A stretch of 64,000 nt of DNA from the human T2T-CHM13v2.0 reference genome, Homo sapiens, in the NCBI GenBank assembly GCA_009914755.4, contig CP068257.2, forward strand, positions 1,120,001 to 1,184,000, read 5' to 3'. Below, piece after piece: positions 10,601 to 24,500 of the stretch; within the stretch, counting starts at the first letter, position 1, and each line of letters starts with the position of its first letter. The position numbers and the translations under genes were made by a program. Under the pieces are notes generated by a model, which was not told where the DNA came from, did no database searches, and was given only the letters and a program-made list of their open reading frames with translations.

Positions 10601-13600
10601 GTGGAATGGAACGGAATGGAATGGAAAGGAATGTAATGTAATGTAATGTAATGTAATGGAATAGAATGGAATGGAATCAACCCGAATGGGATGGCATGGA
10701 ATAGAATTGAATGCAATGGAATGGAATGGAATGGAATGGAATGGAATGCAATGGAATCCAGCCGATTGGAATGGAATGGAATGGAATGGAATGGAATGGA
10801 ATGGAATGGAGTGGAATGGAATAAACAGCAGAGGAATGAAATGGATTGGAATGAAATGGAATGGAATGGAATGGAATGAAATCAACCCGAGGGGAATGGA
10901 ACGGAATGGAATGGAATGGAAAGGAATGAATGGAAGGGAATGGTGTGGAATCAACACGAGAGGAATGGAATGGAATGGAATGGAACGGAACGGAATGGAA
11001 AGGAATGGAATGGAATGAACCCGAATGGAATGGAATGGATTGGAATGGAATGGAATAGAATCAACCTGAGAGGAAAGGAATGGAATGGAATGGAGAGGAA
11101 TGGAATGCAATGGAATGGAATGCAATGGAATGGAATCAACACGAATGGAATGGAACGGAATGGAATGGGATGGGATGGAATGGAATGGAATGGAAGTTAA
11201 TCAACACGAATGGAATGGAACGGAATGGAATGGAACGGAATGGAATGGAATGGAATGGAATGGAAAGGAACAGAATGGAATCAACAGGAGTGGAATGGAA
11301 TGGAACGGAATGGAATCAATCCGAGTGGAATGAAATGGAATGTAATGCAATGAGATGGAGTGGAATCAACCTGAGTGGAATGGAATCGAATGGATTGGAA
11401 TGGAATGGAATGGAATGAAATGGAATGGAATAAATCCGGGTGGAGAGGAATGGAATGTAATGGAGTGCAATGTTACGGAATTTAGTGGAATGGAATGGAA
11501 TGGAATGGAATGGAATGGAATGGAATGGAATCGAATGGAATGAAATGGATTGGATCGGAATGGAATCCAATGGAATCAACTGGAATGGAATGGAATGGAA
11601 TAAATCCGGGTGGAGTGGAATGGAATGTAATGGAGTGGAATGGAATGGAATTTAGTGGAATGGAATGGAATGGAATGGAATGGAATGGAATGGAATGGAA
11701 TGAAATGGAATGGAATCAACCCGAATGGAATGGAATGGAATGGAATGGAAAGGGATGGAATGGAATGGAATGGAATGGAATAGAATGGAATGGAATGGAA
11801 TGGAATGGAATGGAATCAACCCAAGTGCAATGGAATGCAATGGAATGCAATGGAATCCACCCGAGTGGAATGGAATGGAATGGAATGGAATATAATGCAA
11901 TGGAATGGAATGGAATGGAATGGAATGGAATGGAGTGGAATGGAACTGAATGGAGTGGAATGGAATAAACACCAGGAGAATGAAATGGATTGGAATGAAA
12001 TGGAATGGAATGGAATGGAATGGAATGGAATGGAATGAAATCAACCCGAGTGGAATGGAACGGAATGGAATGGAATGGAAAGGAATGAATGGAAGGGAAT
12101 GGTGTGGAAACAACACGAGAGGAATGGAATGGAATGGAATGGAAAGAAACGGAATGGAAAGGAATGGAATGGAATGAACCCGAATGGAATGGAATGGATT
12201 GGATTGGAATGGAATGGAATCAACCCGAGCATAAAGGAATGGAACGGAATGGAGTGGAATGGAATGGAATGGAATGGAATGGAATGGAATGGAATGGAAT
12301 CAACACGAATGGAATGGAGTGGAATGAAATGGGATGGGATGGAATGGAATGGAATGGAATCAACATGAATGGAATGGAACGTAATGGAAAGGAATGGAAT
12401 GGAAAATAATGGAATGGAATGAACCCGAATGGAATGGAATGCATTGGAATGGAATGGAATGGAATCAACCCGAGCGGAAAGGAATGGAATGGCATGGTGT
12501 GGAATGGAATGTAATGGAATGGAATGGAATGGAATCAACACGAATGGAATGGAACGGAATGGAATGGGATGGGATGGAATGGAATGGAAGGGAAGTTAAT
12601 CAACACGAATGGAATGCAACGGAATGGAATGGAATGGAATGGAGTGGAATGAACCCGAATGGAATGGAATGGATTGGAATGGAATGGAATTGAATCAACC
12701 CTAGTGGAAAGGAATGGAATGGAATGGAGTGGAATGTAATGTAATGTAATGGAATGGAATGGAATGGAATCAACACGAATGGAATAGAACGGAATGGAAT
12801 GGGATGGGATGGAATGGAATGGAATGGAAGTTAATCAACATGAATGGAATGGAATGTAATGGAATGGAACGGAACGGAATGGAATGGAATGCAATGGAAT
12901 GGAATGAAATGGAAAGGAACGGAATGGAATCAACACGAGTGGAATGGAATGGATAGGAATGGAATCAACCCGAGTGAAATGAAATGGAATGTAATGCAAT
13001 GGGATGGAGTGGAATCAACCCGAGTGGAATGGAATGGAATGGAATGGAATGGAACGAAATGGAATGGATCGGAATGTAATCCAATGGAATCAACTGGAAT
13101 GGAATGGAATGGAATGGAATGGAATAAACCCGGGTGGAGTGGAATGGAATGTAACGGAGTGGAATGTAATGGAATTTAGTGGAATGGAATGGAATGGAAT
13201 GGAATGAAATGGATTGGATCGGAATGGAATCCAAAGGAATCAACTGGAATGGAATGGAATGGAATGGAATAAATCCGGGTGGAGTGGAATGGAAAGTAAT
13301 GGAGTGGAATGGAATGGATTTTACTGGATGGAATGGAATGGAATGGAATGCAACGGAATGGAATGGAATGGAATGGAATGGAATGGAAAGGAATGGAATC
13401 AACCCGAATGGAATGGAACGGAAAGGAATGGAATGGAATGGAATGGAATGGAATGGAATGGAATGGAAAGGAATGGAATGGAATGGAATGGAATCAACCC
13501 GAATGGGATGGTATGGAATGGAACTGAATGGAATAGAATGGAATGGAATGGAATGGAATGGAATCAACCCAAGTGCAATGGAATGGTTTGGAATGCAATG

Positions 13601-16600
13601 GAATCCACCTGAGTGGAATGGAATGGAATGGAATGGAATGGAATGGAATGGAATGGAGTGGAATGGAACGGAATGGAGTGGAATGCAAGAAACACCAGGG
13701 GAATAAAATGAATTGGAATGAAATGGAATGGAATGGAATGGAATGGAATGGAATGGAATGAAATCAACCCAAGTGGAATGGAACGGAAAGGAATGGAATG
13801 GAAAGGAATGAATGGTAAGGAATTGTGTGGAATCAACCCGAGAGGAATGGAATGGAATGGAATGGAATGGAACGGAACGGAATGGAAAGGAATGGAATGG
13901 AATGAACCCGAATGGAATGGAATGGATTAGAATGGAATGGAATGGAATCAACCCGAGCGGAAAGGAATGGAATGGAATGGAGTGGAATGTAATGTAATGG
14001 AATGGAATGGAATGGAATGGAATGGAATCAACACAAATGGAATGGAACGGAATGGAATGGGATGGGATGGAATGGTATGGAATGGAAGTTAATCAACACG
14101 AATGGAATGGAACGGAATGGAATGGAATGGAATGGAAAGGAATGGAATGGAATGGAATGGAATGGAATGGAATGGAATGGAATGGAATGAAATGGAATGG
14201 ATTGGAATGGAATACAATGGAATCAACTGGAATGGAATGGAATGGAATGGAATGGAATGGAATGGAATGAAATGGAATGGATCAGAATGGAATCCAATGG
14301 AATCAACTGGAATGGAATGGAATGGAATGGACTGCAATTGAATGGAATAAATCTGGGTGCATTGGAATGGAATGTAACGGAGTGGAATGTAATGGAATTT
14401 AGTGGAATGGAATGGAATGGAATGGAATGGAATGGAATGGAATGGAATGGATTGGATCGGATTGGAATCCAATGGAAGCAACTGGAATGGAATGGAATGG
14501 AATGGAATTGTATAAATCCGGGTGGAGATGACTGTAATGTAATGCAGGGGAATGGAATGGAATTCAGTGGAATGGAATGGATTGGAATGGATTGGAATGG
14601 AATGGAATGGAATGGAATGGAATGGAATGGAATGGAATGAAAGGGATAGGATCGGAATGGAATCCAATGGAATCAACTGGAATGGAATGGAATGGAATAA
14701 ATCCGGGTGGAGTGGAATGGAATGTAATGGAGTGGAATGGAATGCAATTTAGTGGAATGGAATGGAAAGGAATAGAATGGAATGGAATGGAAAGGAATGG
14801 AATGGAATCAACCCGAATGGGATGGCATGGAATGGAATTCAATGGAATGGAATGGAATGGACGGTAATGGAATGGAACGGAATGGAATCAACCAAAGTGC
14901 AATGGAATGGAATGGAATGCAATGGAATCCACCCAAGTGGAATGGAATGGAATGGAATGGAACGGAATGGAATGGAATGGAGTGGAATGGGACGGAATGG
15001 AGTGGAATTGAATAAACACCAGGGGTATGAAATGGATTGGAAAGAAATGGAATGGAATGGAATGGAATGAAATCAACCCGAGTGGAATGCAACGGAATGG
15101 AATGGAATGGAAAGGAATGAATGGAATGGAATGGTGTGGAATCAACACGAGAGGAATGGAATGGAATGGAATGGAATGGAATGGAATGGAACGGAACGGA
15201 ATGGAAAGGAATGGAATGGAATGAACCCGAATGGAATGGAATGCATTGGAATGGAATGGAATGGAATCAACCCGAGCGGAAAGGAATGGAATGGAATGGA
15301 GTGGAATGTAATGTAATGTAATGGAATGGAATGGAATGGAATGGAATCAACACAAATGGAATGGAACGGAATGGAATGGGTTAGGATGGAATGGTATGGA
15401 ATGGAAGTTAATCAACACGAAGGGAATGGAACGTAATGGAATGGAATGGAATGGAAAGGAATGGAATGGAATTGAATGGAATGAAATGGAAAGGAACGGA
15501 ATGGAATCAACACGAGTGGAATGGAATGGAACGGAATGGAATCAACCCCACTGGAATGAACTGGAATGTAATGCAATGGGATGGAGTGGAATCAACCCGA
15601 GTGGAATGGAATGGAATGGAAAGGAATGGAATGGAATGAAATGGAATGGATCGGAATGGAATCCAATGGAATCAACTGGAATGGAATGGAATGGAATGGA
15701 ATGGAATGGAATGCAATGGAATGGAATAAATCTGGGTGGAGTGGAATGGAATGAAACGGAGTGGAATGTAATGGAATTTAGTGGAATGGAATGGAATGGA
15801 ATGGAATGGAATGAAATGGATTGGATCGGAATGGAATCCAATGGAATCAACTGGAAAGAAATGGAATGGAATGGAATGGAATAAATCTGGGTGGAGTGGA
15901 ATGGAATGTAATGGAGTGGAATGGAATGGAATTTAGTGGAATGGAATGGAATAGAATGGAATGGAATGGAATGAAATGGATTGGATCGGAATGGAATCCA
16001 ATGGAATCAACTGGAATGGAATGGAATGGAATAAATCCGGGTGGAGTGGAATGGAACGGAATTTAGTGGAATGGAATGGAAAGGAATGGAATGAAATGGA
16101 ATGGAATGGAATGGAATGGAATCAACCCGAGTGGGATGGCATGCAATGGAATTGAATGGAAGGGAATGGAATGGACTGTAATGGAATGGAATGGAAGGGA
16201 ATCAAACCAAGTGCAATGGAATGGAATGGAATGCAATAGAATCCACCCGAGTGGAATGGAATGGAATGGAATGGAATGGAATGAATGTAATGGAATGGGG
16301 TGGAATCAACACGAGAGGAATGGAATGGAATGGAATGGAAAGGAACGGAATGGAAAGGAATGGAATGGAATGATCCCGAATGGAATGGAATGGATTGGAA
16401 TGGCATGGAATGGAATCATCCCGAGCGGAAAGGAACGGAATGGAATGGAGTGGAATGGAATGGAATGGAATGGAATGGAATGGAATGGAATCAACACGAA
16501 TGGAATGGAACGGAATGGAATGGAATGGGATGGGATGGAATGGAATGGAAGTTAATCAACACGAATGGAATGGAAAGGAATGGAATGGAATGGAATGGAA

Positions 16601-19600
16601 TGGAATGGAATGGAATGAACCCGAATGCAATGGAATGGATTGGAATTAAACGGAATGGAATCAACCCGAGCGGAATGGAATGGAATGGAATGGAATGAAA
16701 AGGTTTGGATCGGAATGGAATCCAATGGAATGTAATGGAATGGAATGGAATAAATCCGGGTGGAGTGGAATGGAATGCAATGGAGTGGAATGTAACGGAA
16801 TTTAGTGGAATGGAATGGAATGGAATGAAATGGATTCGATCGGAATGGAATCCAATGGAATCAACTGGAATGGAATGGAATGGAATGGAATGGAATGGAA
16901 TAAATCCGGGTGGAGTGGAATGGAATGTAATGGAGTGGAATGGAATGGAATTTAATGGAATGGAATGGAATGGAATGGAATGGAATGGAATGGAATGGAA
17001 TGGAATGAAATGGATTGGATCAGAATATAATCCAATGGGTTAAACTGGAATGGAATGGAATGGAATGGAATGGAATGGAATGCAGTGGATCGGAATGGAA
17101 TCAAATGGAATCAACTGGAATGGAATGGAATGGAATGGAATGGAATGGAATAAATCCGGGTGGAGTGGAATGGAATGTAATGGAGTGGAATGTAACGGAA
17201 TTTAGTGGAATGGAATGGAATAGAATGCAATGGAATGGAATGAAATGGATTGTATCGGAATGGAATCCAATGGAATCAACTGGAATGCAATGGAATGGAA
17301 TGGAATGGAATGGAATGGAATGGAATGGAATAAATCCGGGTGGAGTGGAATGTAATATAATGCAGTGGAATGTAATGGAATTTAGTGGAATGGAATGGAA
17401 TGGAATGGAATGGAATGAAATGGGAATGAAATGGATTGGATCGGAATATAATCCAATGGAATAAACTGGAATGGAATGGAATGGAATGAAATAAAATGGA
17501 TTGGATTGGAATGGAATCCAATGGAATCAACTGGAATGGAATGGAATGGAATGGAATGGAATACTTCCGGGTGGAGTGGAATGGAATGTAATGGAGTGGA
17601 ATGGAATGGAATTTAGTGGAATGGAATGGAATGGAATGGAATTAAACCGAGTGGAATGGAACGGAATGGAATGGAAAGGAATGGAATGGAATGGAATGGA
17701 ATGGAATGGAATGGAATGGAATCAACCCAAATGGGATGGCATGGAATGGAATTGAATGCAATGCAATGGAATGGAATGGAATGGAATGCAATGGAATCCA
17801 CCCGATTGGAATGGAATGGAATGGAATGGAATGGAATGGAATGGAATGGAGTGGAATGGAATAAACAGCAGAGGAATGAAATGGATTGGAATGAAATGGA
17901 ATGGAATGGAATGGAATGGAATGAAATCAACCCGAGTGGAATGGAACGGAATGGAATGGAATGGAAAAGAATGAATGGAAGGGAATGGTGTGGAATCAAC
18001 ACGAGAGGAATGGAATGGAATGGAATGGAACGGAACGGAATGGAAAGGAATGGAATGGAATGAACCCGAATAGAATGGAATGGATTGGAATGGAATGGAA
18101 TTGAATCAACCTGAGAGGAAAGGAATGGAATGGAATGGAGAGGAATGGAATGTAATGGATTGGAATGCAATGGAATGGAATCAACACGAATGGAATGGAA
18201 CGGAATGGAATGGGATGGGATGGAATGGAATGGAGTGGAAGTTAATCAACACGAATGGAATGGAACGGAATGGAATGGAATGGAATGGAATGGAATGAAA
18301 GGGAAAGGAACAGAATGGAATCAACAGGAGTGGAATGGAATGGAACAGAATGGAATCAACCCGAGTGGAATGAAATGGAATGTAATGCAATGAGATGGAG
18401 TGGAATCAACCCGAGTGGAATGGAATCGAATGGATTGGAATGGAATGGAATGGAATGAAATGGAATGGATCGGAATGGAATCCAATGGAATCACCTGGAA
18501 TGGAATGGAATGGAATGGAATGGAATGGAATGGAATGGAATGGAATGGAATGGAATAAATCCGGGTGGAGTGGAATGGAATGTAATGGAGTGCAATGTTA
18601 CGGAATTTAGTGGAATGGAATGGAATGGAATGGAATGGAATGGAATGGAATGGAATCTAATGGAATGAAATGGATTGGATCGGAATGGAATCCAATGGAA
18701 TCAACTGGAATGGAATGGAATGGAATAAATCCGGTTGGAGTGGAATGGAATGTAATGGAGTGGAATGGAATGGAATTTAGTGTAATGGAATGGAATGGAA
18801 TGGAATGGAATGGAATGGAATGGAATGGAATGGAAAGGAATGGAATGAAATGGAATGGAATCAACCCGAATGGAATGGAACGGAATGGAATGGAAAGGAA
18901 TGGAATGGAATGGAATGGAATGGAATAGAATGGAATGGAATGGAATGGAATGGAATCAACCCAAGTGCAATGGAATGCAATAGAATGCAATGGAATCCAC
19001 CCGAGTGGAATGGAATGGAATGGAATGGAATGGAATATAATGCAATGGAATAGAATGGAATGGAATGGAATGGAATGGAATGGAGTGGAATGGAACTGAA
19101 TGGAGTGGAATGGAATAAACACCAGGAGAATGAAATGGATTGGAATGAAATGGAATGGAATGGAATGGAATGGAATGAAATCAACCCGAGTGGAATGGAA
19201 CGGAATGGAATGGAATGGAAAGGAATGAATGGAAGGGAATGGTTTGGAAACAACACGAGAGGAATGGAATGGAATGGAATGGAAAGGAACAGAATGGAAA
19301 GGAATGGAATGGAATGAACCCGAATGGAATGGAATGGATTGGAATGGAATGGAATGGAATCGACCCGAGCATAAAGGAATGGAACGGAATGGAGTGGAAT
19401 GGAATGGAATGGAATGGAATGGAATGGAATGGAATGGAATGGAATCAACACGAATGGAATGGAGCGGAATGAAATGGGATGGGATGGAATGGAATGGAAT
19501 GGAATGGAATGGAATGGAATGGAATCAACATGAATGGAATGGAACGTAATGGAATGGAATGGAATGGAAAATAATGGAATGGAATGAACCCGAATGGAAT

Positions 19601-21593
19601 GGAATGGATTGGAATGGAATGGAATGGAATGGAATCAACCCGAGCGGAAAGGAATGGAATGGCATGGAGTGGAATGGAATGTAATGTAATGGAATGGAAT
19701 GGAATGGAATCAACACGAATGGAATGGAACGGAATGGAATGGGATGGGATGTAATGGAATGGAATGGAAGTTAATCAACACGAATGGAATGCAACGGAAT
19801 GGAATGGAATGGAATGGAGTGGAATGAACCCGAATGGAATGGAATGGATTGGAATGGAATGGAATTGAATCAACCCTAGTGGAAAGGAATGGAATGGAAT
19901 GGAGTGGAATGTAATGTAATGTAATGTAATGGAATGGAATGGAATGGAATCAACACGAATGGAATGGAACGGAATGGAATGGGATGGGATGGAATGGAAT
20001 GGAATGGAAGTTAATCAACATGAATGGAATGGAATGTAATGGAATGGAACGGAACGGAATGGAATGGAATGGAATGGAATGGAATGGAATGGAAAGGAAC
20101 GGAATGGAATCAACATGAGTGGAATGGAATGGATAGGAATGGAATCAACTCGAGTGGAATGAAATGGAATGTAATGCAATGGGATGGAGTGGAATCAACC
20201 CGAGTGGAATGGAATGGAATGGAATGGAACGAAATGGAATGGATCGGAATGTAATCCAATGGAATCAACTGGAATGGAATGGAATGGAATGGAATGGAAT
20301 AAACCCGGGTGGAGTGGAATGGAATGTAACGGAGTGGAATGTAATGGAATTTAGTGGAATGGAATGGAATGGAATGGAATGAAATGGATTGGATCGGAAT
20401 GGAATCCAATGGAATCAACTGGAATGGAATGGAATGGAATGGAATAAATCCGGGTGGAGTGGAATGGAATGTAATGGAGTGGAATGGAACGGATTTTACT
20501 GGAATGGAATGGAATGGAATGGAATGCAATGGAATGGAATGGAATGGAATGGAATGGAATGGAATGGAATGGAATCAACCCGAATGGAATGGAACGGAAA
20601 GGAATGGAAAGGAATGGAATGGAATGGAATGGAATGGAATGGAATGGAATGGTATAAATCCAGGTGGAGTTGACTGTAATGTAATGCCGTGGAATGGAAT
20701 GGAATTCAGTGGAATGGAATGGATTGGAATGGATTGGAATGTAATGTAATGGAATGGAATGGAATGGAATGGAATGAAAGGGATAGGATCGGAATGGAAT
20801 CCAATGGAATCAACTGGAATGGAATGGAATTGAATAAATCCGGGTGGAGTGGAATGGAATGTAGTGGAGTGGAATGGAATGGAATTTAGTGGAATGGAAT
20901 GGAAAGGAATGGAATGGAATGGAATGGAATGGAATGGAATGGAATGGAATGGAATCAGCCCGAATGGGATGGCATGGAATGGAATTCAATGGAATGGAAT
21001 GGAATGGAATCAACCCAAGTGCAATGGAATGGAATGGAATGCAATGGAATCCACCCAAGTGGAATGGAATGGAATGGAATGGAACGGAATGGAATGGAAT
21101 GGAGTGGAATGGGACGGAATGGAGTGGAATTGAATAAACACAAGGGGAATGAAATGGATTGGAAAGAAATGGAATGGAATGGAATGGAATGAAATCAACC
21201 CGAGTGGAATGTAACGGAATGGAATGGAATGGAAAGGAATGAATGTAATGGAATGGGGTGGAATCAACACGAGAGGAATGGAATGGAATGGAACGGAATG
21301 GAATGGAATAAATCCGGGTGGAGTGCAATGGAATGTAATGGAGTGGAATGGAAAGGAATTTAGTGGAATGGAATGGAATGGAATGGAATGGAATGGAATG
21401 GAATCAACCTGAATGGGTTGGCATGGAATGGAATGGAATGGAGTGGAATGTAATGTAATGTAATGGAATGGAATGGAATGGAATCAACACGAATGGAATG
21501 GAACGGAATGGAATGGGATGGGATGGAATGGAATGTAATGGAAGTTAATCAAGACGAATGGAATGCAACGGAATGGAATGGAACGGAATGGAA

Positions 21594-24500
21594 TGGAATG
21601 GAATGAACCCGAATGGAATGGAATGGATTGGAATGGAATGGAATGGAATCAACCCGAGCGGAAAGGAATGGAATGGAATGGAGTGGAATGTAATGTAATG
21701 GAATAGAATTGAATGGAATGGAATCAACAGGAATGGTATGGAACGCAATGGAATGGGATGAGATGGAATGGATGTTAATCAACATGAATGGAATGGAACG
21801 GAATGGAATGGAATGGAATGGAATGGAATGGAATGGAAAGGAATGGAATGGAGTGGAATGGAACGGAATGGAGTGGAATGGAATAAACACCAGGGGAATG
21901 AAATGGATTGGAATGAAATGGATTGGAATGGAATGGAATGCAATGGAATGGAATGAATGGAATGGAATGGTGTGGAATCAACAGGAGAGGAATGGAATGG
22001 AATGGAATGGAATGGAACGGAATGGAAAGGAATGGAATGGAATGGAATGGAACGGAATGGAAAGGAATGGAATGGAATCAACCCGAGCGGAAAGGAATGG
22101 AATGGAATGGAGTGGAATGTAATGAAATGTAATGGAATGGAATGGAATGGAATCAACACGAATGGAATGGAACGGAATGGAATGGGAAGGGATGGAATGG
22201 AATGCAATGGAAGATACCCGAATGGAATGGAGTGGATAGGAATGGAATGAAATGGAATCATCCTGAGGGGAAAGGAATGGAATGGAACGGAGTGGAATGG
22301 GATGGGATCGAATGGAATGGAATGGAAGTTAATCAACACGAATGGAATGGAACAGAATGGAAAGGGATGGGATGGAATGGAATGGAATGGAAGTTAATCA
22401 ACACGAATGGAATGGAACGGAATGGAATGGAATGGAATGGAATGGAATGGAATGGAATGGAATGAAATGGAATGAACCCGAATGGAATGGAATGGATTGG
22501 AATGGAATAGAATGGAATCAACCAGAGCGGAAAGGAATGGAATGGAAAGGAGTGGAATGGAATGTAATGGAATGGAAGGCAATGGAATGGAATCAACACG
22601 AATGGAATGGAACGGAATGGAATGGGATGGGATGGAATGGAATGGAATGGAAGTTAATCAACACGAATGGAATGGAACGGAATGGAATTGAATGGAATGG
22701 AATGGAATGAAATGGAATGGAATGGAATGAAATGGAAAGGAACGGAATGGAATCAACACGAGTGGAATGGAATGGAACGGAATGGAATCAACCCGAGTGG
22801 AATGAAATGGAATGTAATGCAATGGGATGGAGTGGAATCAACCGGAGTGGAATGCAATGGAATGGAATGGAATGAAATGGAATGGATCGGAATGGAATCG
22901 AATGGAATCAACTGGAATGGAATGGAATGGAATGGAATGGAATGGAATGGAAAGGAATAAATCCGGGTGGAGTGCAATGGAATGTAATGGAGTGGAATGG
23001 AATGGAATTTAGTGGAATGGAATGTAATGGAATGGAATGGAATGGAATCAACCCGAATGGAATGGAACGGAATGGAATGGAAAGAAATGGAAAGGAATGG
23101 AATAGAATGGAATGGAATGGAATGGAATGGAATCATCCCGAATGGGATGGAATGGAATGGAATGGAATGGAAAGGAATGAAATGCAATGGATCGGAATGG
23201 AATCCAATGGAATCAACTGGAATGGAATGGAATGGAATGGAATGGAAAGGAATGGAATGGAATGGAATGGAATGAATCCGGGTGGAGTGGAATGGAATGT
23301 AATGGAGTGGAATGTAATGGAATTTAGTGGAATGGAATGGAATGGAATGGAATGGAATGGAATGCAATGAAATGGAATGGATCGGAATGGAATCCAAAGG
23401 AATCAACTGGAATGGAATGGAATGGAATGGAATGGAATGGAATGGAATAAATCCGGGTGGAGTGGAATGGAATGTAATGGAGTGGAATTTAGTGGAATGG
23501 AAACGAATGGAATGGAATGGAACGGAATGGAATGGAATGGAATGGAATCAACCCGAATGGAATGGAACGGAATGGAATGGAAAGGAATGGAATGGAATGG
23601 AATGGAATGGAAGGGAATCAACCCGAATGGGATGGCATGGAATGGAATGGAATGGAATGGAATCATCCAAAGTGTAATGGAATGGAATAGAGTGCAATGG
23701 AACCCACCCGAGTGGAATGGAATGGAATGGAATGGAAAGGAATGGAATGGATTGGAATGGAACCGAATGGAGTGGAATGGAATAAACACCAGGGGAATGA
23801 AATAGATTGGAATGAAATGGAATGGAATGGAATGGAATGGAATGAAATCAAACCGAGTGGAATGGAACAGAATGGAATGGAATGGAAAGGAATGAATGGA
23901 ATGGAATGGTGTGGAATCAACAGGAGAGGAATGGAATGGAATGGAATGGAATGGAACGGAATGGAAAGGAATGGAATAGAATGGAATGGAACGGAACGGA
24001 ATGGAAAGGAATGGAATGGAATCAACACGAGCGGAAAGGAATGGAATGGATTTGAGTAGAATGTAATGTAATGGAATGGAATGGAATGGAATGGAATCAA
24101 CACGAATGGAATGGAATGGAATGGGATGGGATGGAATGGAATGGAATGGAATGAACCTGAATGGAATGGAATGGATTGGAATGGAATGGAATGGAATTAA
24201 CCCGAGCGGAAAGGAATGGAATGGAATGGAATTAACCCGAGCGGAAAGGAATGGAATGGAATGGAATGGAGTGGAATGGAACGGAATGGAGTGGAATGGA
24301 ATAAACAACAGGGGTATGAAATGGATTGGAATAAAATGGAATGGAATGGAATGGAATGGAATGAAATCAACCCGAGTGGAATGGAACGGAGTGGAATGGA
24401 ATGGAAAGGAATGAATGGAATGGAATGGTTTGGAATCAACACGAGGAGAATGGAAGGAATGGAATGGAACGGAACGGAATGGAAAGGAATGAAATGGAAT

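Larger units (their letters stand above)
1..21593. repeat. Higher-order repeat (HOR) copy 1 of a ~21.6-kb HSat3 unit. Bases 1-115 correspond to the end of the unit, so the array probably continues upstream of the window.
   Basis: Equivalent landmarks recur at +21,553 to +21,603 bp. Examples: - ORF 6515..7207 (230 aa) = 28098..28790, identical. - ORF 12965..13951 (328 aa) = 34558..35544, identical. + ORF 5..529 tail = 21709..22122 tail. Confidence 0.9.
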
